From: Dehalococcoidia bacterium
GTDB lineage: Bacteria; Chloroflexota; Dehalococcoidia; Lucifugimonadales; JAAXIE01
Reading direction: 5' to 3'
NCBI GenBank assembly: GCA_965197805.1
Contig: OZ240229.1
Span: 3,135,748 to 3,199,747 of the forward strand
Length of the DNA: 64,000 nt
Made by a program: the position numbers and the translations under genes
Part shown: piece by piece, positions 54,259 to 63,913 of the stretch
How positions within the stretch are numbered: position 1 is the first letter of the stretch
Layout of the letters: each line of letters opens with the position of its first letter
Notes under the pieces: generated by a model
The model's database searches: none
Told to the model about the DNA's origin: nothing
The model's input: the letters and a program-made list of their open reading frames with translations, nothing else

Positions 54259-54748
54259 GAGCTCGCCCGGCAGACCCTCTTCTGATGTCGCGGAGCAGCT
54301 GCTCAGTCCGGGGTGGGGTCAGCCTGCCCCTGAGCTCATGTGCGACGCTGGCCACCGGGGCTTGGGCGCATGCTCCGAGGCAGGTGTTGAAGCGGAGGCC
54401 GAACTCGCCGTCAGGGGTGTCGCCCTCGGCTTGGAGGCCGAGGGCCCGCATGGCGGCTTGGGCGATGCGTGAGGCGCCCATGATGTGACATGACGTGCCC
54501 CAGCAGACCTCCACCTGTATACGGCTGGGCGGGGTGAAGCGGAAGTTAGGGTAGAAGGAGGCGACACCCCAAACGTCGTTGATGGTGGAATGGGTGAATT
54601 CGGCGACGGCTTCCACAGCCTCTTTGGGGATATACCCCAGTTCCTCTTCCACGGCCAAAAGGGAGGACAAGACGGTTACGGTAGGTTGGCTCTGAGAGGC
54701 GATGGCCAGGGCGGCCCTCGCCCTAAGCTCGTTAGGGTCTGGGGTCAA
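54251..54748 (-). CDS. nuoE: NuoE-like [2Fe-2S] subunit
   Basis: GVASFY, CWGTSC, CLGAC. Confidence 0.9.
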   Translation of the reverse strand: MTPDPNELRARAALAIASQSQPTVTVLSSLLAVEEELGYIPKEAVEAVAEFTHSTINDVWGVASFYPNFRFTPPSRIQVEVCWGTSCHIMGASRIAQAAMRALGLQAEGDTPDGEFGLRFNTCLGACAQAPVASVAHELRGRLTPPRTEQLLRDIRRGSAGRAHG

Positions 54749-54974
54749 AGAGGCTCCCTGCGACCTAGTCTATTCCGCAACTGGGTGAACGCTTCATCCT
54801 AGCACAAGGCCCGTTCCGCCTACAAGAAGGCTTTCGCAGCACATCCCCAAAGTCATCTGCTTGCCCATCGGTCACCCATCCGTCGGGGCGCTTACTGAGA
54901 CTGATGCCATAAAGTCGCATAAATTGGCCATTTATGCCAATTTCTCTGGCCTAGATGTGCTGCATTATAGCTAC

Positions 54975-55070
54975 GAAAATGGCGTCCATGCCAGAGTAGT
55001 TGTATCTGCGAAAAATTCTTTTCTGAATGCTCTGGCATTTGTGGCATTTCTTGGTTTTTCGTATCTGTTT
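54975..55070 (-). repeat. Dispersed intergenic repeat, copy C
   Basis: Reverse complement cagatacga...atgccacaaatgcca...cagatacaactactctggcat aligns with 20996-21070. Confidence 0.55.
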
Positions 55071-55474
55071 TCCAGTCTCAATTGTGCCAGAGTCTGGCAT
55101 TCGGGAGGAGCGGGCGTCGCGCGGCATGGATGGCAAAGCTTGGCGTCGATGGAGCTGCCTCAGTATACATGGAGGGTATAGGGGGACTGGCAATGGGCTC
55201 TTGTCATAGCCGCAGGGCAGGGCTGAGGAGGCATTCTTCCGCAGGCGGGAATCCACGGCGCTGATTTTCCTATGCCTCTTCCTCTTCCCCCTCACCATAG
55301 CCCTCTCCCGCCGGGGGAGAGGGGATATTTAGGCACCGCCTCGCCTGGGGGGCAGGGAACAGCTATCAGCCACATCCCGTTTCCCAATAACCACAAACAT
55401 TTGGGGTATTCGTGGTCGGCGGATCTGTAGGCTATCGACTGTTCCGGCGGTTCGAGTCCAGTGGGGTGGCAGGT

Positions 55475-56515
55475 CTAATTAGCGTCTGCGGTGGGAGGCA
55501 CGGCCAGATGCTGCCGGACGCAATCTACAAGCCGCCGGGCTTGGCCTTTGACGCCAGCTTTGTTGTGGTGGTCAAAGTAGAAACTATAGGGTTCGATTGT
55601 ACTGCCCTGGAACTCGACGCCGGAGGTGATCATCCCATCGTTGTATTCCACGTCGTCGATGCGGTCGTAGGGCAGTTCTATTTCTCTCGAGCCAAGCGCA
55701 CCACTCCGCAACAGGAAGACGCGGCGGTCTGTAGCGACTGCGATACCCTCGTGGCCTGTCCTGTTGCTCCCAGGCCCACCCATCGGGGCGAATGCGAAAT
55801 CGTTGGGCAAACCCCAGCGGCCTCCCAGCCAGTACTCAATGTTTTCGTCGTCATCAAGGATCTCGTGGAGCTTCTTGCGTTCGCCTTCGTAATTCTTGAG
55901 ATTGGCGCCCGACGCGTTGCTCCGAAGGCGGGCGAGAAATCCGGGATTCGTTCGGCCGGCCATGGCGGAGCGGTCCTGCCACTGGGCGTCAATGCGTTCA
56001 GTTTTGCTCATTCCGAAGTGTTGACCGGCGGAGGGGGGAGCGACAGTTGAGCGAGGCGCGGTCTGGAGCTGCTGCACCAGTTCGGCGAAGCGGTGGCCCA
56101 ATTCGCCGTGGATATCCCGGAGTTGGAAGGGGTCGTCTTGCCCCATCCCGGCCCAATTGTGGATACCGTTGCCGGCCAAGGTCACTACTCCGCTAGTGTG
56201 TTCCACTGCCGTGATGCTGGGCAATGGCATCTGAGTCACAAGTTTATTGAGACCCTTGTGGGCGACGAAGTGGACGCTGAGGTCGGTGACGACGGCGGCG
56301 CCCTTGAGCCTTTGTTGCCGGATTATAAGTCCCGCGCCCTCGGCGAATGCCGACTCGGGACCCCAAGTACAGCCCACCAGCCCCATGATGTTTTCATCTT
56401 GGTCCAGATAGTCATAAATCAGCTTGCGCTCGCGGTCGTGATTTTCCTGACTCCATGAGAAAGCCTGCTGTCCCCACTGGGCATCAACGCGGTCGCGCAG
56501 TTCTTTCGTCGCCAT
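55475..56515 (-). CDS. Tandem bacterial PH-domain (bPH_3-like) protein
   Basis: Internal duplication: RVDAQW..ERKLIYDYLDQDENI..VVTD versus RIDAQW..ERKKLHEILDDDENI..VATDRRV; AGGAGG RBS. Confidence 0.75.
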   Translation of the reverse strand: MATKELRDRVDAQWGQQAFSWSQENHDRERKLIYDYLDQDENIMGLVGCTWGPESAFAEGAGLIIRQQRLKGAAVVTDLSVHFVAHKGLNKLVTQMPLPSITAVEHTSGVVTLAGNGIHNWAGMGQDDPFQLRDIHGELGHRFAELVQQLQTAPRSTVAPPSAGQHFGMSKTERIDAQWQDRSAMAGRTNPGFLARLRSNASGANLKNYEGERKKLHEILDDDENIEYWLGGRWGLPNDFAFAPMGGPGSNRTGHEGIAVATDRRVFLLRSGALGSREIELPYDRIDDVEYNDGMITSGVEFQGSTIEPYSFYFDHHNKAGVKGQARRLVDCVRQHLAVPPTADAN

Positions 56516-56721
56516 GGTTTAACCTCCTTGCTGGTTGCTCCGTGGCTTGGACCTATTCTTGAAGGTCCAAGGATGTGTGAGGGCTCAGCAGTCCGGCACG
56601 TTGTTGATACCGCCGACCCAGCCCTTTAGGGAACTCGGTGCGCGCTCGAACTCGTTGGAGTAGAGTTTCACAGATCCTGAGCTCCCACCAACGTCGGCCA
56701 ACCAAGCTGGTGCCTTCCCGC

Positions 56722-57978
56722 TCAACAGTTGGCCCGTTGCCTGATATATAGGTGGCGCCCCCCACCCGTTAGACACGGGAACTGATTGCCATGGATCTCA
56801 ATCTCGACTTCCCGCTCAAGCATGTTCCACACCTCGGAAGGTATCTCCCCGCTTAGCTGGTTTTCGTGTAGAGTCAGACTCTTCAGGTTATCGAGGTTAC
56901 CCAACTCGGAAGGTATCTCCCCGCTCAACTGGTTCCCATTGAGGTTCAGGCTTGTCAGGGTTTCATAGTTACCCAACTCTGGGGGTATCTCTCCACTCAG
57001 CTGGTTCCCACTGAGGTTGATGCTTTCCAATCTGTGGTAGTCGCCCCAGTTAATAGCCAGATCTGGCGGTATTGTCCCGCTCAGCTGGTTCCCACTGAGG
57101 TATAGCTGGAGCATGTTGGAATTCGCCAACCCTGACGGTATCTCCCCGCTCAATTGGTTCCCAGCGAGGTTTAGAATGCTCACGGTCACTGTGAAATTCG
57201 CCAACCCTGTGACATTCGCCAACCCTGACGGTATCTCTCCGCTCAACTGGTTCCCAGCGAGGTTCAACTCGTACAGGTTGGACCTATTCGCCAGTTCCAC
57301 CAGTTCCGGCGGAATTTCACCGCTCACCTGGGTCCCCGTAATCCGCAGGTGTTGAAGGCTGGAGAGGTTGCCCAGCTCCGGGGGAATCCCCCCGGTCAAC
57401 CCGTCTCCTCGGATTGACAAATCCCTCAGGTTGGAAAGGTTGCCCAGCTCCGGGGGAATCTCCCCCGTTAATCCGTCACCACCGAGGGACAGGTTTTCCA
57501 AGTTGGGGAAGTTGCCAAATTCAGGTGGAATCTCCCCCCTTAAACCGCCGCTATAGTCGTTGAGGCCCAGTAGTTTCAAGGCTCCGAGGTCAATCAGATC
57601 TAGGGGTATCTCCCCGCTCAACTCCTGTCTAGTCCCTGTCCCCCCCATGTGCAAATAAGTCACGCGGCCGTTGTCGTCGGTTGTGACTCCAGACCATTCG
57701 CCCAACGGAGCGTCGCTCAGCCAGTTCCCGCTCTCCTCCCAGTTTGGTCCGTCCAAGGCATTGTAGAAGGTGACCAAGATTTCCCTGTCCATTGCAGGCG
57801 AGCCCGGTGCAGGCGCACGGACTCTGTCGGTCGCCTCCGTGGCAGGCACCTCGGTGTCAGCATCGTCTCCAGGCACTGCATCCCCGCCACAGGCGGCGAC
57901 CAGGGCGACCAGAATCAGCGCAAAGGCCCAAAGGCTTAGGGGAGTGCGCCGAGTCGTCCCATGGAACATGTTGGTCAC
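56722..57978 (-). CDS. Plant-type leucine-rich-repeat lipoprotein (eukaryotic-like protein); C-terminus probably frameshifted
   Basis: LVAAC lipobox, DREILVTFYNA..GPNW..NWLSDAPLGEWSGV cap, about 11 LxLxxNQLSGEIP repeats. Confidence 0.9.
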   Translation of the reverse strand: MTNMFHGTTRRTPLSLWAFALILVALVAACGGDAVPGDDADTEVPATEATDRVRAPAPGSPAMDREILVTFYNALDGPNWEESGNWLSDAPLGEWSGVTTDDNGRVTYLHMGGTGTRQELSGEIPLDLIDLGALKLLGLNDYSGGLRGEIPPEFGNFPNLENLSLGGDGLTGEIPPELGNLSNLRDLSIRGDGLTGGIPPELGNLSSLQHLRITGTQVSGEIPPELVELANRSNLYELNLAGNQLSGEIPSGLANVTGLANFTVTVSILNLAGNQLSGEIPSGLANSNMLQLYLSGNQLSGTIPPDLAINWGDYHRLESINLSGNQLSGEIPPELGNYETLTSLNLNGNQLSGEIPSELGNLDNLKSLTLHENQLSGEIPSEVWNMLEREVEIEIHGNQFPCLTGGGRHLYIRQRANC

Positions 57979-58939
57979 CTCCGATTACTTAACGAGGACA
58001 GACAGGCCTACCACTATAACCGATTAGGCACATTTTCAGAATCCCGCTGTGCGTATTCTCCGGGTCTGTCCAGAATCAGCGTGTAGGTGGAACCACGAGT
58101 GACTGACGCCAGAGTCACTGTTGCTCCGCCTGTGAGTGGCTCCTCGGAAAGCGAGACGAGGAGACTCTCCAGAGTAGACCGCTACGTCTCTCAGCAGACT
58201 CAACACCGTGCCACTGCCGTGGTTGCGCCTCAACGTGATGGTTCGGCGCCTTGACCCAATCCGTCCGTACTAGTTGGCCCTCGCCCAAATAGCAAGCCCC
58301 AGCGTCTGCTACAACACCAAGGTGAACCGGGTCATGAAAGTTCTTGATTTTGTCCAGTGTGGTGGTCGGGGGCGTACTGTATGCGAACTTTCACTGGGAC
58401 GTCCGTATATTGAGAGCAGGTCAGACGCCTTTGGCTAAACCTTGACGAGCCTTCGACCTGTCTGGTTGGAAGCTCCTCAATTCCTTCGGGTCGGTAACGC
58501 CGCGCACTATGAGACATGTAAGGCGCGTCTGACTTACATCATAACGCTCGCCATTATGGAGACAAGACCGGTCCATGGCTTCATCGGCAGTCCGCACAGC
58601 CCGATGGGTCTCCATATGGGACAGGACGCAAGGTTCCTTGTAGGTAGGGAGCTGTGTGGAAGCAACCACAACCTCAGATTTCGCATGGGGATTGTATCGC
58701 TTAACGACCACCGGTAGGCCACCATGGTTGATAGTGCTATAATTGGCGACCTCCCGCCCGAAAACACACTTCCCGGCATGCTTTGTACAAGGCGAGCTGT
58801 GCTCTACTGAAACGGTGTAAAGCGAAAACGCCAGAACGAAGCACACACCGAAGTAGGTGATCAACACGCTCAGAGAGGCTGAGGTCGCGATAACCGAGGT
58901 AGGTCGAAGGCTGGGCTTCCGCTGCGGTCGGATAACATA

Positions 58940-60214
58940 GTGGGTGGTACAAACATCGACGGCAGGTCAATAGAACACGACACCGCCAATCATTCCGGAC
59001 TGTCCGGTGAATCCGGCGTGGACGCCGGCTCAAGACTCGTGTGCCGAAACCTGTGGAAGGTGTTTGGGGATGGTGCCCCGGATCTTGCAGACTCCATCGA
59101 CCCTGCCCTATCCAGGGAAGAGGTGTTGTCCCAGACCGGATGCGTGCTCGCCGTCAGGGATGTCTCTTTCTACGTACGCGAAGGAGAGACCTTCGTCATC
59201 ATGGGCCTCTCCGGCAGCGGCAAGTCGACGCTTGTCCGATGTGTCGGCCGTCTCATCGAACCGACGCGCGGAGAGGTCCACATAGACGGCGAGGACATGC
59301 TCGCGATGAACAAGCATCAGTTACGGGACATTCGGCGCCATAAGATGGGCATGGTCTTCCAGCACTTCGGCAACTTTCCCCACAAGCGGGTCTTGGAGAA
59401 CGTGGTCTACGGTCTGCAGGTCCAGGGCATTGACAAGACCACCCAACGGAGGCGCGCCGCCGAAGTCATTGATCTGGTGGGACTGTCGGGATGGGAGGAG
59501 CGGTACCCGCACGAGTTGAGCGGCGGAATGCAACAGCGTGTTGGGCTGGCCCGTGCCCTCGCCGTCGACCCGCAGATCCTCCTCTTCGACGAGCCCTTCA
59601 GCGCTCTCGATCCCCTCATCCGACGAGAGATGCAGGACCAGTTGATTGGACTCCAGCAACTGGTCCAGAAGACGATGGTCTTCATAACCCACGATTTCCT
59701 AGAGGCCCTCAAGGTCGGGAACCGGGTGGCCATAATGAAAGACGGAGAATTTGTTCAGGTAGGCACACCGGAGGAGTTGGTTTCGAACCCTATCAACGAC
59801 TACGTGCGGGACTTTACGCGGGATGTGCCTCGGTCTAAGGTGCTGACCGCACGTTCTGTCATGATCCCATCCCGAGTCTACGTCACCGCAGATGAGGGGC
59901 TAGCCGAGATGATGAACAAGTTGGCCGCCCAGGAATGCGAAAGCGCAGTGGTGGTCGACGGGCAGGATCGCTTCATCGGAACTGCGCATTTGGCAGACGT
60001 ACCCATTAGTGGGGTAGTGCACTCCAGCGTCGCCTCCATCATGCGAGACGCCTGTCCTGTGGCGGAGCCGGGTACCCGCCTGGAACGGCTCATTCCCCTC
60101 GCTATCACCGGCGATGCCCCTATCGCTGTCTTGGATAGCGGCCGATGCATCGGCACCATCAGCCGGGAGGCGGCAGTGGCCGCCCTAGTGAGCGACGAGG
60201 GTGTGGCGACGTGA
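58940..60214 (+). CDS. Quaternary-amine (betaine/choline/TMAO-type) ABC transporter ATP-binding subunit with CBS domains
   Basis: GLSGSGKST, LSGGMQQRVGLARAL, DEPFSALDPLIR; start may be downstream (~59018). Confidence 0.93.
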   Translation: MGGTNIDGRSIEHDTANHSGLSGESGVDAGSRLVCRNLWKVFGDGAPDLADSIDPALSREEVLSQTGCVLAVRDVSFYVREGETFVIMGLSGSGKSTLVRCVGRLIEPTRGEVHIDGEDMLAMNKHQLRDIRRHKMGMVFQHFGNFPHKRVLENVVYGLQVQGIDKTTQRRRAAEVIDLVGLSGWEERYPHELSGGMQQRVGLARALAVDPQILLFDEPFSALDPLIRREMQDQLIGLQQLVQKTMVFITHDFLEALKVGNRVAIMKDGEFVQVGTPEELVSNPINDYVRDFTRDVPRSKVLTARSVMIPSRVYVTADEGLAEMMNKLAAQECESAVVVDGQDRFIGTAHLADVPISGVVHSSVASIMRDACPVAEPGTRLERLIPLAITGDAPIAVLDSGRCIGTISREAAVAALVSDEGVAT

Positions 60215-62190
60215 TCCGCACGGAAGCTCTCCAGATTCGCTTTCTTCGGGAACGCCGGTACCAGGTCATTCTGTGGGCAGCCATTGCCGCCGCCGCGTAC
60301 CTCTGGGCCTATTCACTGGCGGCCACCAATGCGGGCACCAACGTCGCAGACTGGCCGAGAAACTGGGAGCTTCCCATTCAGGAGCCGATCGACGACTTCT
60401 TTGAGTGGATCAGCGACACCTTCGCCTGGTTTTTCAATCCAATCTCCGAAGTCTTAGACACGGGCCTCGCTGGGATAGACACATTCCTGCTTTGGCTCCC
60501 TTGGCCTTTCGTCGTGGCGGCGGTATCGATGTTGGGGCTCAGGCTCGGTGGCATGTGGCTGGGCCTGTTCTGCGGCGCCGCTACACTGTTCATCGGTCTC
60601 AACGGGTTCTGGGACTCAACGATGCTGACTTTGAGTGTAGTGGGAGTTTCAGTGATCATCGCCGTCGGACTCGGCGTACCGATCGGCATATTCGCTGCCT
60701 CCAGCAACCGCTTGGAAGCAGTCGTCCGACCGATTCTCGACACCATGCAGGTCCTGCCCGCCTTTGTATACCTCATCCCCGCCCTGGTCCTATTCGGAGT
60801 GAGCGGCACCCAGGGGATATTCCTTACGGTGATCTACTCCATTCCGCCCGTCATCAGGCTCACCAACCTAGGCATCCGCCAGGTCCCCCTGGCCGCTATA
60901 GAGACAGCTCACTCGCACGGATCCACGGCGTCCCAAACCCTGTTTCAGGTGCAACTGCCATTGGCAAAGAACTCGATCATGATGGGCGTCAACCAGACAA
61001 TAATGTTGGCAGTTTCCATGGTGATCATAACTGCACTGGTGGGAGTGGAGGGACTGGGCAGGGACGTATGGCTCTCGCTGAGGGAGGTGGACGCGGGGAA
61101 AGGTCTGGAGAGCGGCATCGCCATCGTGCTCTTGGCCGTAGTCCTAGACAGGTTTAGCTACGCGTTTGTAAAGTCCGGTCCCAACTCCTCTGCATCCGCA
61201 CTGGCCATCAGTCCGCGGGCCAAGGACAGGGTCGGCCAAGGCCTGGCTACCCGCAGCGCTCTTTCTATTACGGGCGTGGGTCTGATAGTCGTCCTGCTGA
61301 TCCTTGGTGGCTTGGTCGGGCCGCTAAGAGACTTCCCGGACGAGCTGACTTTCTCGATGGCGGACCCGGTCAACCGCGCCTTCGATTGGATGGCGGTCAA
61401 TCTCCACTTCATCACAAGTTGGGTACGGGACAGCCTGTTCAGGGAGCTTGGCTACTCACCCATTCACACGCTACTCCTCTGGCTCCCCTGGCCGTCGTTG
61501 ATGGCCATCGCGGCCATCCTAGCGTACTTCACTGCGGGATGGCGCGTGGCGTTTCTCGCGTTGGTAGGGCTGGCCTTCGCAGGTATCGGTGGGGTTTGGG
61601 ACGTGACCATGGACACTCTGAGCCAGGTGCTTACCGCAGGGGTGTTCACGGTGATAGTGGGTATCGCGTTGGGCGTTCTCGCTGCCCAGAGCAAGGTCTT
61701 CGAGTCGGTCCTGAGGCCTATCCTGGACACCATGCAGACCATGCCGATCTTCGTTTACCTGATTCCGGTCATAATGCTCTGGGGTATCGGGCCGCTGGTC
61801 GGCATCATAGCCACCTCGGTCTACGCTCTGCCTCCGGTGATCCGCATGACCAGCCTCGGTATCAAGGAAGTACCGGCACCGGTGATCGAGACGGCCCAGT
61901 CCCACGGCTCGACTGGCCTTCAGACCATGCTCCATGTCAAGATACCTCTAGCATTCCCGACGATAATGATGGGCGTCAACCAGACCATTATCATGGTGTT
62001 GGCCATGGTAATCATCGCGGGACTTGTGGGCGGCGGCGGCCTGGGACAGGAAGTCTTCATAAACTCTATCTGGCTCAGGATGGGCGATGGCCTGATTGCC
62101 GGAATGACCATCGTCTTCATGGCGATGGTGCTGGACCGCATGACCCAAGGGAAACACGGCTATGCAATACCATTTGTCGCATCGAGGTAG
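60211..62190 (+). CDS. Quaternary-amine ABC transporter permease, two fused ProW-like domains
   Basis: RPILDTMQ..P.FVYLIP and GVNQTIM each occur twice; GTGA coupling to ATPase. Confidence 0.92.
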   Translation: MIRTEALQIRFLRERRYQVILWAAIAAAAYLWAYSLAATNAGTNVADWPRNWELPIQEPIDDFFEWISDTFAWFFNPISEVLDTGLAGIDTFLLWLPWPFVVAAVSMLGLRLGGMWLGLFCGAATLFIGLNGFWDSTMLTLSVVGVSVIIAVGLGVPIGIFAASSNRLEAVVRPILDTMQVLPAFVYLIPALVLFGVSGTQGIFLTVIYSIPPVIRLTNLGIRQVPLAAIETAHSHGSTASQTLFQVQLPLAKNSIMMGVNQTIMLAVSMVIITALVGVEGLGRDVWLSLREVDAGKGLESGIAIVLLAVVLDRFSYAFVKSGPNSSASALAISPRAKDRVGQGLATRSALSITGVGLIVVLLILGGLVGPLRDFPDELTFSMADPVNRAFDWMAVNLHFITSWVRDSLFRELGYSPIHTLLLWLPWPSLMAIAAILAYFTAGWRVAFLALVGLAFAGIGGVWDVTMDTLSQVLTAGVFTVIVGIALGVLAAQSKVFESVLRPILDTMQTMPIFVYLIPVIMLWGIGPLVGIIATSVYALPPVIRMTSLGIKEVPAPVIETAQSHGSTGLQTMLHVKIPLAFPTIMMGVNQTIIMVLAMVIIAGLVGGGGLGQEVFINSIWLRMGDGLIAGMTIVFMAMVLDRMTQGKHGYAIPFVASR

Positions 62191-62311
62191 CGAGAATCCG
62201 GCCCAAGGCTCGGCGGGCCCCGCAAAGGGGGATTCCTAATGAGACGATAGCGCATGCGGCAATCTGCCAAGTTTGCCGAATACAACTCCCAGCGCAGAGA
62301 GGAAAAAGAAA

Positions 62312-63307
62312 ATGAAAACAGTGAAGAATAGGTGGATTGGTTTCTCGATGATCGTGGTGCTGGTCATGGGTCTTGCAGTGGGGTTGGCCTGTGGCGGAGG
62401 CACCGATGAGTCGGAGACTAGGGGCACCCTGTATCTCGTCGACCAAGACTGGAACGGCCAGTTGGTCACGACGGCTGTAGCACAGATCCTGTTGGAGCAA
62501 GAGATGGACCACACTGTCGCGACCAAGTTCGCCCCCGCCGACTCGGCGCCACTCTTCATCGGCCTCGAAAGGGGCGACTTCCATTTCGTTTGCTGCAACT
62601 GGCCTTCCTACAGTGCTGCCCTCCTCGAGGAATACGTGGACGCCGAAGGCGGCGGCACGGTGGAGCGCATAGGGCCGGTAGGCATCACCGGTGAGACGGG
62701 TTGGTACGTTCCTTCCTACGTTATCCATGGCGATGGCGAACGCAGCATCGACGCCGTCGCACCGGATCTCGGCACCGTTAAGGACCTGAACAAATACAAG
62801 TCCATCTTCGCCTCGAGCGACACCGGCACCAAGGGCAGACTTTTAGAGTTCACAGCGGCTTGGGACACGAGGCCCGAGGAACGGCTGGAAGCTTTCGGCG
62901 CGGACTTCCAGGCAGTGTTCGCCGGATCCGAGGGCGCAGCCTTGGCTCAAGTCGACGCTGCCTTCCAAAGGGGAGAGCCTATCCTCACATACCTCTGGGA
63001 GCCCCACTGGGCCCACGCCAAGTACAACCTGGTGCAGATCGAAATGCCCGAGTGGACTTCGGATTGCTATCCCGACGGTGGCAGTTACAACTGTGGTTTC
63101 CCAACCGACGCCGTAGCCAAGCTCTCTTGGCCTGGCCTCAAGGACGAGTTTCCGGAGGCATATGAGTTCCTCTCCATATTCCAAATGACCAACGAGCAGC
63201 AGAACGAAATTGTCCTCAACCTCACCGAGAATGACCTAACCGTGCGCCAAGCCGCGCAAGAGTGGGTTGATGCCAACGAGGCAGTCTGGAGCGCTTGGGT
63301 CCCCTAG
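62312..63307 (+). CDS. Quaternary-amine ABC transporter substrate-binding lipoprotein (ProX/OpuAC fold)
   Basis: LAC lipobox, GWYVP, YLWEPHW, AAQEWV..N..VW..W. Confidence 0.9.
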   Translation: MKTVKNRWIGFSMIVVLVMGLAVGLACGGGTDESETRGTLYLVDQDWNGQLVTTAVAQILLEQEMDHTVATKFAPADSAPLFIGLERGDFHFVCCNWPSYSAALLEEYVDAEGGGTVERIGPVGITGETGWYVPSYVIHGDGERSIDAVAPDLGTVKDLNKYKSIFASSDTGTKGRLLEFTAAWDTRPEERLEAFGADFQAVFAGSEGAALAQVDAAFQRGEPILTYLWEPHWAHAKYNLVQIEMPEWTSDCYPDGGSYNCGFPTDAVAKLSWPGLKDEFPEAYEFLSIFQMTNEQQNEIVLNLTENDLTVRQAAQEWVDANEAVWSAWVP

Positions 63308-63512
63308 AGAGAAGGCATACCTTCGGGTTAGGCTCCGGAGCAGGGACCCGAGGGATCGGGGATTGACGGCTAAGACAAGGAGGTGCGTCCCTATCCGCAG
63401 ACCACGCGCCACGGCACCTTCTCAATCTCTGTGACCCGGTTCCTGTCAAGCCCGAAGACACACAACCCAGCCCGGAACTGTACAGAGGGGGGAACCGCGA
63501 ACTGAAGGAGAG

Positions 63513-63740
63513 ATGACCGATCTCAGCCTGGCCGAGCGTAGGCAACGACGCAAGGCCCGTTGGCTACGCAACTGCGTCAGCAACAACATGCCTGATTGGG
63601 CGCTGGGACCGCGCACGATGTATCATGCGAAGAGCCTGACCGAAATGAACCCCTGTGAGCACTGTCTGGAGAGAAAAGCTCATACGAAAACAGCGGAATC
63701 AACCGCTACGGCAGGTATTGATCGTGTAAATTCTTATTGA
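63513..63740 (+). CDS. Small hypothetical protein (C/H/CxxC possible Zn ligands)
   Basis: GAAGGAGAG RBS before ATG; CEHC motif. Confidence 0.5.
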   Translation: MTDLSLAERRQRRKARWLRNCVSNNMPDWALGPRTMYHAKSLTEMNPCEHCLERKAHTKTAESTATAGIDRVNSY

Positions 63741-63913
63741 AGTGGCACGGGCTTGTGCCCAGCCTTATCTATGAGGAGCAACTCGTGCTTGCCTCCCGCC
63801 AGACACCAACCGAACGAAAGGAACCGAGTAAGATTCTCTTCGACAAGGTGGGGATGAGTTTTCTGTCCTCCGAGAGATGGTTCGTCCCCGCGCCCACAAA
63901 TGCCGTTCCGACC

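Noticed and set aside
58421-58867. 148-aa ORF
   Set aside because: No RBS, no motifs, atypical composition; not supported.
195-63545. Many long antisense or alternate-frame ORFs (e.g. 3406..4386, 4979..5962, 9838..10779, 42759..43709, 61386..62315)
   Set aside because: Shadow ORFs of well-supported genes, expected from GC-rich codon bias; no motifs or RBS.
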